A stretch of 32,000 nt of DNA, from assembly GCF_037013405.1 (NCBI RefSeq), contig NZ_CP146064.1:60001-92000 (forward strand), in the 5' to 3' direction. The notes below the pieces were generated by a model. That model did no database searches and was not told where the DNA came from. It saw only the letters and a program-made list of their open reading frames with translations. The translations under genes and the position numbers were made by a program. Positions within the stretch are counted from its first letter, which is position 1. Every line of letters begins with the position of its first letter. Source of the stretch: Candidatus Nanosynbacter sp. BB002 (GTDB taxonomy: Bacteria > Patescibacteriota > Saccharimonadia > Saccharimonadales > Saccharimonadaceae). Below, in pieces: positions 25,422 to 32,000 of the stretch.

Positions 25422-26468
25422 ATGAAATTCTCAAAAGGGTTGGGCGACTTCTTCGGACTAGACATCGGTACAAACGCGGTGCGGGTTGTTCAATTGGGTC
25501 GCAGTGGTTCAGGCTGGAACTTGATGCATTATGGTTATGCACCAGTTGATAGCAAAATATCAAGCAGTGATTCACCAGAGGCGAAGCGCCGTTTGGGTGA
25601 AGTGATTATGACTGCCGTTGGGCAAAGTGGCATCAAAACCTCAAATGTTGCCATCGGGCTACCTTCGAGTAAAACCTTCAGCACTATCATCGATGTGCCA
25701 AAAGTTTCCGACCAAGAGCTGCGCGCAACCATGAAATATCAGGTGGAACAATATATTCCAATGTCAATTGACGATGCAAAGGTTGACTGGGCGTTGCTTG
25801 GTGATAGTTTGCGAACACAAAACCAGTATGAGGTGCTATTGACCAGTACAGCTAAATCATACGCCGAAAGCAAATTGGAATTTGTGGAAGGTTTGGGTTT
25901 TAATGTTATCGCTGAGGAGCCAGACCCGATAGCAATGGTTCGCTCATTGACGCCATCTGACAATCAAGACGTGAAATTGATCCTCGATATGGGCGAAATC
26001 TCTACTGATTTAGCCGTGGTATATGGCACAACACCTCGGTTAGTGCGTACGGTGCCAACAGGTCTGCAGTCACTGGTGCGGTCAGCGGTACAGAATCTGA
26101 GCGTCCAAGAAGACCAGGCGCGGCAATTTATTTTGAAGTTTGGCTTGGCGCCAGATCGCCTGGATGGTCAGGTGCTCCGAGCGATTGATATGGTTTTGGA
26201 CAATTTTGCTTCAGAAATTGTCAAATCAATCACTTTTTTCCAAACGCGTTACACGAGCTTGCAGGTTTCTGGCATATTATTGTCTGGATTTGGCGCAGCT
26301 ATCCCGCAGATGGATCAATACATTTCCTCAAAGGCTGGCATCAACGCTGTTACTGCTAATCCGTGGCAACGTGTTTCGATGTCGCAGAATGATCAGCAGC
26401 AATTAGCTCCAGTGGCCTCTGAGTTTGCAACAGTCGTTGGGTTAGCGCAAAGGAGTAATCTCGGATGA
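25422..26468 (+). CDS. pilM: Type IV pilus assembly protein PilM (actin-like ATPase fold)
   Basis: FFGLDIGTNAVRVVQL..., ...LILDMGEISTDLAVV..., ~350 aa, followed by pilN. The track start at 25410 overlaps the -10 element, so I prefer ATG 25422. Confidence 0.85.
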   Translation: MKFSKGLGDFFGLDIGTNAVRVVQLGRSGSGWNLMHYGYAPVDSKISSSDSPEAKRRLGEVIMTAVGQSGIKTSNVAIGLPSSKTFSTIIDVPKVSDQELRATMKYQVEQYIPMSIDDAKVDWALLGDSLRTQNQYEVLLTSTAKSYAESKLEFVEGLGFNVIAEEPDPIAMVRSLTPSDNQDVKLILDMGEISTDLAVVYGTTPRLVRTVPTGLQSLVRSAVQNLSVQEDQARQFILKFGLAPDRLDGQVLRAIDMVLDNFASEIVKSITFFQTRYTSLQVSGILLSGFGAAIPQMDQYISSKAGINAVTANPWQRVSMSQNDQQQLAPVASEFATVVGLAQRSNLG

Positions 26469-27193
26469 TTGAAATCAACTTGATCCCAGATGTTAAGCGC
26501 GAATTACTACGCATTCGCATGATGCGCAATGCGGTCATATCAATGTCAATATTGGTAGGTATCGTGTCTATTGCTATCGTTGTGTTTTGTGCAGTTGTTT
26601 TAGGTGGTCAACTAGCGTTTGAACTCAAGCAAGACAGTGATATAAAAAGCAAATATGGTGAATTGTCACAAATTAGCGATCTAGACAAGACCGTAACGTT
26701 GCAGCAGCAGTTGGGGCAGATCGATCGATTACATAATAACAAAAAGATTAATTCACGGCTGTTATCTCTGATAAGCGCCATCAACCCGCCAGCACCAAAT
26801 AATGTACAGATATCAATGGCGCGCCTTAACCCAGAAGAAAAGACAATTACCCTGGAAGGTTCAGCCGTCAATGGTTTTGCGGCGCTGGAAGTCCTCAAGA
26901 AGACATTGACCAGCACCAAGGTGAAAAAGGGCAATACTGAGGGTGACGGTGTGCCGCTAGCAAGTGATATGAAAGCCGGTGAAACAACATTTGGCGAGAA
27001 TGCCGAAGGTAAGAAGGTGTTGCGCTTTGCCTTTACTTTCACCTATCCTGATGACCTGTTTGCACATTCAAAAGAAACGATTTCAATCATTACGCCGACC
27101 AGCAAGACAAACGTGACAGATTCACGCTTAGGCGTTCCAGAAAGCCTCTTTAGCCGTAGTGAATCAACTGAACAGAAGAAGGAGAATCAATAA
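26465..27193 (+). CDS. pilN: PilN-like type IV pilus alignment protein
   Basis: MIEINLIPDVKRE (INLLP-type N-terminus), one TM, then a coiled region. ATGA overlap with the pilM stop. Confidence 0.7.
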   Translation: MIEINLIPDVKRELLRIRMMRNAVISMSILVGIVSIAIVVFCAVVLGGQLAFELKQDSDIKSKYGELSQISDLDKTVTLQQQLGQIDRLHNNKKINSRLLSLISAINPPAPNNVQISMARLNPEEKTITLEGSAVNGFAALEVLKKTLTSTKVKKGNTEGDGVPLASDMKAGETTFGENAEGKKVLRFAFTFTYPDDLFAHSKETISIITPTSKTNVTDSRLGVPESLFSRSESTEQKKENQ

Positions 27194-27855
27194 TGCCTTC
27201 AGGTGAGCAAGATGTGGCAATTCGCAAACGCCAACAGATAGATTCTTCAAAAAAGACAATGTTCTTTTTTGTGGCGGGTGCTGCTTTTTTGGCGGGTGTT
27301 TCCCTGGTAGTATCGATATTCCTGATACAACAGATCATCTTCCATTCTAAAGTTATTGCTACAAAAAATGGTACCGTGAGTACCTTACACAGCAATATCT
27401 CTAACGCCAAAGAGCTAAAAGATAACATCAGAGTGTTAGAGACAAATGATGCACTCAAATCAGTAAAATCGAGCGACGAGAGCAGTCCACTACAGACTAT
27501 TTTGGACGCATTACCAGCTGAGCCAAATGCCGATGCCTTGGGTGCTGCCTTGCAGCAAAAGTTTATCGGAGCGGTGCCAGGCTTGACACTGGAGAGTCTA
27601 ACGGTAGACGCAGCCTCTGCCAGTGAAGGGGAGTCTAACTCAGAGTCAGCACACAAGTTCAACCTTTCAGTTAGTGGTGCGCCTGACAAATTGAAAGAAT
27701 TGATGGAGCGTTTTGAGAAATCAATTCGTGTCATTGAAATCACCGCCATGGAAATTCAAGCTGGTGATGGCAAGGTGGTTCTCAACGTACAAGGCAAAGT
27801 TCCATACAATCCAGCGCAGGCAATTACACTTGAAAATAAGGTGGTAAAACCATGA
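27193..27855 (+). CDS. PilO-like bitopic membrane protein
   Basis: Position after pilN, with a short cytoplasmic N-terminus, one TM (MFFFVAGAAFLAGVSLVVSIFLI), a coiled region and an alpha/beta C-terminus. TAATG overlap with pilN. Confidence 0.5.
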   Translation: MPSGEQDVAIRKRQQIDSSKKTMFFFVAGAAFLAGVSLVVSIFLIQQIIFHSKVIATKNGTVSTLHSNISNAKELKDNIRVLETNDALKSVKSSDESSPLQTILDALPAEPNADALGAALQQKFIGAVPGLTLESLTVDAASASEGESNSESAHKFNLSVSGAPDKLKELMERFEKSIRVIEITAMEIQAGDGKVVLNVQGKVPYNPAQAITLENKVVKP

Positions 27856-28079
27856 AAAAAACAGATATAGCAATGATTATTTTAGTAGCAAGTTTGGGCG
27901 TGATCGTCGCGTATGTGGTGGCGTCTAACTTGTCATTTCTGAAGTTGCCAGACAGTGGCGTAAAAGTACAAACGATTCGCAAGATTTCATCAGATGTAAC
28001 GCAACCAAGCAAAGATATTTTTAACGATAAAGCGATCAACCCTACCGTTGAAGTGATTGTTGGTGGCGAAAACGGATAA
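27852..28079 (+). CDS. Small single-pass membrane protein (75 aa) translationally coupled to the pilO-like gene
   Basis: ATGA overlap with the upstream stop. TM segment IAMIILVASLGVIVAYVVA followed by ~45 aa. Function unknown. Confidence 0.5.
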   Translation: MKKTDIAMIILVASLGVIVAYVVASNLSFLKLPDSGVKVQTIRKISSDVTQPSKDIFNDKAINPTVEVIVGGENG

Positions 28080-28091
28080 GGGGTTAGCAAC

Positions 28092-29855
28092 ATGGCGCTG
28101 CTAACAGATGAAATACAGGAAAAACTCATCAAGCTTTTGATTGATGAGGGTCTTGTTGAAAAGAGAATTTTAGATGACGCAGAAAAGCGGGCAAAAAAAG
28201 AAGATAAGCCGCTTTTTTCGCTGTTGACCGAAGAAGGTGTCATCGACAATGAGCTTCTGACGCACGCGGTGGCTCAAGTTTCAGGCGTACCATATGTCAA
28301 TTTGAGCAATAGCTTCATCGATCAGAATATCTTATCTCTGCTGCCGGCTGAAGTGGCAGAGCGTTTCATGGCCGTTCCGTTGGCTGAAGTTCAAAACCGC
28401 CTGGCAGTCGCTATGATCGATGCCAATAACGTCCAGGCCGTTGATTATTTGGCAAATCGTATTCAGCGTCCGCTAAAGGTATTTATGGCATCTGAGGACA
28501 GCGTCAGGCATGTCCTAGGTCAATACAAGGCGGATTTGTCGACGGTTAGTGACGCAGCTCAGGTATCACAAGAGGAAGCAGCTATTGAATCAGCGACCGA
28601 GATCAAGACTATCGTCCAGGACTCTCCAATTTCGCGCGCATTAAGCACTATTTTGGAATATGCAGTGAAAAGTCATGCCTCTGATGTACATATTGAACCG
28701 CTCGAGAAGGCTCTGAAGATTCGCTGCCGTGTTGACGGTGTGCTCAGGGAGGTCATGCAGCTACCGAAAAGTATTGAGCCAGCGCTCGTGAGCCGTATAA
28801 AGATTTTATCCAGCTTGAAAATTGACGAGCACCGCATCCCTCAGGACGGTCAGTTTGCAGTGAATGTAGCTGGTAAGGCGGTCGACTTGCGTATAGCAAT
28901 ATCACCGGTGGTTTGGGGTGAGCAGGTGGTGATTCGTCTGCTTGATAAGACGGGAAATTCGTTTGATTTGGAAGATATGGGTTATGCGGGCCGAGCTCTG
29001 CGCAGCATCCGAAAAGGAATTAAGCGGCCAAACGGTATGATTTTGACATCTGGTCCGACAGGTTCTGGTAAATCCACGAGTTTGTACGCTTTGATCAAGG
29101 AAATTAAAGACGACTCAGTCAATATTGTGACACTGGAAGACCCTGTGGAGTATAAAATGGACGGTGTCAATCAGATTCAGGTGAACACTGAGGTTGGGCT
29201 GACGTTCGCTTCGGGGTTACGTTCTATCTTGCGTCAAGACCCAGATGTGGTGATGGTGGGTGAGATTCGTGACGCGGAAACGGCTAACTTGGCGGTTCAG
29301 GCGGCACTAACGGGACATTTGGTGTTTTCAACGCTGCACACCAACTCAGCAGCCGGTGTGTTGCCGCGTTTGTTGGATATGGGGATTGAACCATTCCTGA
29401 TCGCTAGTACTGTGAACACGATTATCGGTCAGCGCCTGGTCCGGCGAGTTGCCCCGAAACACGATGCTTATCAGTCTTCACCTCTGGAGACGCAAACTAT
29501 TCAATCAACGATTGGACATTTGTTACCACAATCACGAGAACAAGTTGTGCCATATGCTCAAGACTTGGGATATAAAGACTTGCCGCTGGCTGGTCAACAA
29601 TCATACACGCTAGTGAGAGGTCGGGACACTCCTCAGTCACCGCGAGGATATCTGGGGCGCGCTGGTTTGTACGAGGTGATGGATGTGACTGAGGAGATCC
29701 AAAACTTGATCGTCAAACAAGCAACCTCAGCAGAGATTCAGCGCATGGCGGTCCAGCAGGGGATGATTACGATGCGTCAGGATGGTTATTTGAAGGCCTT
29801 GAGTGGTATTACGACACTAGAAGAAGTTAATCGTGTTGCAGCAGACACAGCATAA
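28092..29855 (+). CDS. pilB: Type IV pilus assembly (extension) ATPase PilB/GspE family
   Basis: GspE-type N-terminal domain (LLTHAVAQVSGVPYVNL), Walker A TSGPTGSGKSTSLYA, Asp box, Walker B DPDVVMVGEIRD, and His box TGHLVFSTLHTN. Confidence 0.93.
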   Translation: MALLTDEIQEKLIKLLIDEGLVEKRILDDAEKRAKKEDKPLFSLLTEEGVIDNELLTHAVAQVSGVPYVNLSNSFIDQNILSLLPAEVAERFMAVPLAEVQNRLAVAMIDANNVQAVDYLANRIQRPLKVFMASEDSVRHVLGQYKADLSTVSDAAQVSQEEAAIESATEIKTIVQDSPISRALSTILEYAVKSHASDVHIEPLEKALKIRCRVDGVLREVMQLPKSIEPALVSRIKILSSLKIDEHRIPQDGQFAVNVAGKAVDLRIAISPVVWGEQVVIRLLDKTGNSFDLEDMGYAGRALRSIRKGIKRPNGMILTSGPTGSGKSTSLYALIKEIKDDSVNIVTLEDPVEYKMDGVNQIQVNTEVGLTFASGLRSILRQDPDVVMVGEIRDAETANLAVQAALTGHLVFSTLHTNSAAGVLPRLLDMGIEPFLIASTVNTIIGQRLVRRVAPKHDAYQSSPLETQTIQSTIGHLLPQSREQVVPYAQDLGYKDLPLAGQQSYTLVRGRDTPQSPRGYLGRAGLYEVMDVTEEIQNLIVKQATSAEIQRMAVQQGMITMRQDGYLKALSGITTLEEVNRVAADTA

Positions 29856-29869
29856 AAAAAGGGGGAATT

Positions 29870-30940
29870 ATGAATAATCAAGAGCTAAGAATTGAACTAT
29901 TACTGGAGGATGTGGTTAAGAAGCGCGCATCTGACCTCCATATTCAAGTAGGCTTACCACCGATGCTGCGTATCGATGGGCGTTTGATGCCAGTGGCTGG
30001 TACTATGCCACTTGATGAGGCGGCGGTCGAACGTTTGGTGTTCCAAATTTTGGATGAAGATCAGCGTCAGATTTTGTTGAAAGACAAAGAGTTTGACTTC
30101 AGTTTTGCGTTTGGTACATTGGGGCGATTCCGTGTGAATGCCTTCCATGAAAGAGGTAATTTGGCAGCTGCGCTGCGTCTGATTCCCAACGAAATCAAAT
30201 CAGCTACCGAACTTGGTATGCCGCCAATCGTCAATAGTTTCGCCGACTTCCCACGAGGCTTGGTGCTGGTGACGGGTCCGACGGGTTCTGGTAAGTCGAC
30301 GACTTTGGCCTCATTGATTGATAAAATCAACTCAGAAAAGTCACACCATATCATTACCATTGAAGACCCAATTGAGTTTACTCACAAATCCAAGCAATCA
30401 GTCGTTGTACAGCGAGAAGTTCACTACGATACCTACTCATTCTCAGCGGCCTTGCGATCCAGCTTGCGTCAGGACCCAGACGTGGTGCTGATTGGTGAGA
30501 TGCGTGACTTGGAAACTATTTCAGCGGCTATTACCATTGCTGAAACTGGACACTTGGTGTTTGCAACCCTTCACACCAACTCAGCTGCCCAGTCGATTGA
30601 CCGTATGATTGACGTGTTCCCGCCACACCAGCAGCCACAAATTCGAGCACAGCTCAGTAATATCTTGATGGCTATTTGTTCACAACGGTTGGTGCCAGCC
30701 ATTGGCGGTGGTCGTGTGGTGGCAGCAGAAATCCTCATCGCCAACCCAGCGGTGCGTAACATCATCCGTGAAGGTAAGTCTCACCAGTTGGACGCTGTTA
30801 TTCAAACCGGTGCCGAGCAGGGTATGCAGACCATGGACCGAACTCTGGCAAACCTCGTACAGAATGGTACGATTACCTATGATAGCGCACGTGAATTCGC
30901 AGTTGATTTGACGGAATTAGAAAGGTTATTGCGAGGATAA
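29870..30940 (+). CDS. pilT: Type IV pilus retraction ATPase PilT
   Basis: ASDLHIQVGLPPMLRIDG, Walker A TGPTGSGKSTTLA, DPDVVLIGEMRD, TGHLVFATLHTN, and the PilT signature AVRNIIREGK. Confidence 0.93.
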   Translation: MNNQELRIELLLEDVVKKRASDLHIQVGLPPMLRIDGRLMPVAGTMPLDEAAVERLVFQILDEDQRQILLKDKEFDFSFAFGTLGRFRVNAFHERGNLAAALRLIPNEIKSATELGMPPIVNSFADFPRGLVLVTGPTGSGKSTTLASLIDKINSEKSHHIITIEDPIEFTHKSKQSVVVQREVHYDTYSFSAALRSSLRQDPDVVLIGEMRDLETISAAITIAETGHLVFATLHTNSAAQSIDRMIDVFPPHQQPQIRAQLSNILMAICSQRLVPAIGGGRVVAAEILIANPAVRNIIREGKSHQLDAVIQTGAEQGMQTMDRTLANLVQNGTITYDSAREFAVDLTELERLLRG

Positions 30941-30943
30941 TAT

Positions 30944-32000
30944 ATGAAAAAATACGCCTACGAAGCCAGGGATAGCGCCAGTAATAAGATAGTCAAATCA
31001 GTGGTTCAGGCTGAGAGTGAGCATGCGGCTGCACGTTTGCTGACTGACCAAGGTTTTGTGCCACTAAAAATTGAGCTTGAGGACGATAAGTCAAATTTTA
31101 TTGATAGAATATTAGGGCGTATCACGTCCAAGGACAAAATATTGTTCACTCGTCAGCTGTCGACGTTGATTGGTGCAGGATTGCCATTGTCGCAAAGTAT
31201 GCGTACGGTGCTAGAACAAACGTCCAATAAGCGCATGCAGGGTATTGTCCAGGAAGTGATCGCTGACATTGAAGGTGGTAAACAGCTATCTGATGCCTTC
31301 TCCAAACATCCTGAGGTGTTTGATAAGCTATTCATCGCCTTAGTTTCAGCGGGTGAGGCTTCTGGAACGTTGGATGAAGCTTTGAAGCGAGTGGCAAACC
31401 AGCAGGAAAAAGATGCGGCAATGATGCGTAAGGTCAAGGGTGCCTTGACATACCCATCAATCGTCCTAGTAGTGATCGTCATGGTGGTTGGTTTTATGAC
31501 GGTTTCGGTTGTACCACAGGTCAAAGGCCTATACAAAGACGTTGGACGAGAACTGCCAATTTTGACGCAAGTGATGGTTAGTATCGCTGATTTCTTCATC
31601 AATTTCTGGTGGCTATTAGCTATTTTACTGGGATTTGGCATTTACTTCTTCGCTCAGTACTTGCAAACAGAGGCGGGCATTCATATGAAGGACAAATTCA
31701 AGCTCAATGTGCCGCTGTTTAAGGGCATGTTCCGTAAGCTCTACATGGCGCGGTTTACCCGAACTGGACAGACGCTATTGTCAACTGGTGTACCAATGCT
31801 TGATATGCTGAAAATCGCTGCAGACGGTGTTAATAACGTTATTGTCAGCGAGGAAATTATGCGCGCTGCTGACAAGGTGAAGGGCGGAAAGGCATTATCT
31901 CTGTCGCTAAAAAATGAGGAATATATGCTGGAAATGGTGCCTCATATGATCAAAATTGGAGAGCAATCAGGTAAGGTTGATGAAATGATGGGCAAAACAG
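30944..32000 (+). CDS. pilC: Type IV pilus platform protein PilC (GspF family), 3'-truncated by the window end
   Basis: Not in the ORF track because it has no stop in the window. My own translation from ATG 30944 reads MKKYAYEARDSASNKIVKSVVQAESEHAAARLL...FTRQLSTLIGAGLPLSQSMRTV...LVSAGEASGTLDEAL... with TM segments and a second GspF repeat (FTRTGQTLLSTGVPMLDML). The frame stays open to nt 32000. Confidence 0.9.
   Translation, partial: MKKYAYEARDSASNKIVKSVVQAESEHAAARLLTDQGFVPLKIELEDDKSNFIDRILGRITSKDKILFTRQLSTLIGAGLPLSQSMRTVLEQTSNKRMQGIVQEVIADIEGGKQLSDAFSKHPEVFDKLFIALVSAGEASGTLDEALKRVANQQEKDAAMMRKVKGALTYPSIVLVVIVMVVGFMTVSVVPQVKGLYKDVGRELPILTQVMVSIADFFINFWWLLAILLGFGIYFFAQYLQTEAGIHMKDKFKLNVPLFKGMFRKLYMARFTRTGQTLLSTGVPMLDMLKIAADGVNNVIVSEEIMRAADKVKGGKALSLSLKNEEYMLEMVPHMIKIGEQSGKVDEMMGKT

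Noticed and set aside
1-32000. I looked for CRISPR arrays, tRNA/rRNA genes, transposases or integrases, toxin-antitoxin pairs, restriction-modification or other defence gene signatures, and signs of an alternative genetic code.
   Set aside because: I saw no regularly spaced repeats. No intergenic gap is larger than ~175 nt. No ORF has recombinase, nuclease or defence motifs that I recognise. Conserved genes terminate normally at TGA, TAA or TAG, so the standard code fits.

Overview
This is a dense chromosomal window, roughly 95% coding by my gene calls, and it is dominated by housekeeping genes. TGA is used as a stop, so the standard code applies.

Gene order:
- mutM (5'-truncated), holA, rpsT(-)
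- degenerate DHH-like protein, truB, type IV pilin, rpsO, sortase(-), pnp
- membrane-anchored hypothetical
- Rrf2 regulator and YhgE/Pip membrane protein, each broken by a +1 frameshift
- rnj, ftsK, pheA(-)
- rpsF, ssb, rpsR, efp
- membrane-anchored class-A beta-lactamase-like serine hydrolase, tlyA, ychF(-)
- 162-aa membrane protein and 784-aa secreted Cys-paired protein of unknown function
- type IV pilus operon: pilM, pilN, pilO-like, a 75-aa ORF, pilB, pilT and pilC (3'-truncated)

A sortase is present, no secretin accompanies the pilus genes, and the genes are tightly packed. These point to a small-genome monoderm-type organism. Candidatus Saccharibacteria/Patescibacteria-like is my inference only.

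I saw no rRNA, tRNA, CRISPR array, transposase or integrase. I do not see a clear-cut new defence or mobile system. The best candidates for undescribed biology are:
1. The leaderless 162-aa/784-aa cassette that abuts the pilus operon.
2. The doubly frameshifted Rrf2-YhgE/Pip operon, which has an AAA-AGG-C slippery site and a perfect 18-bp operator palindrome.
3. The catalytically degenerate DHH protein with a ~350-aa disordered tail.
4. A recurrent leaderless-promoter architecture.
5. The pilin and sortase genes inserted into the conserved truB-rpsO-pnp array.

All product calls come from motif recognition by eye. No database search was possible.
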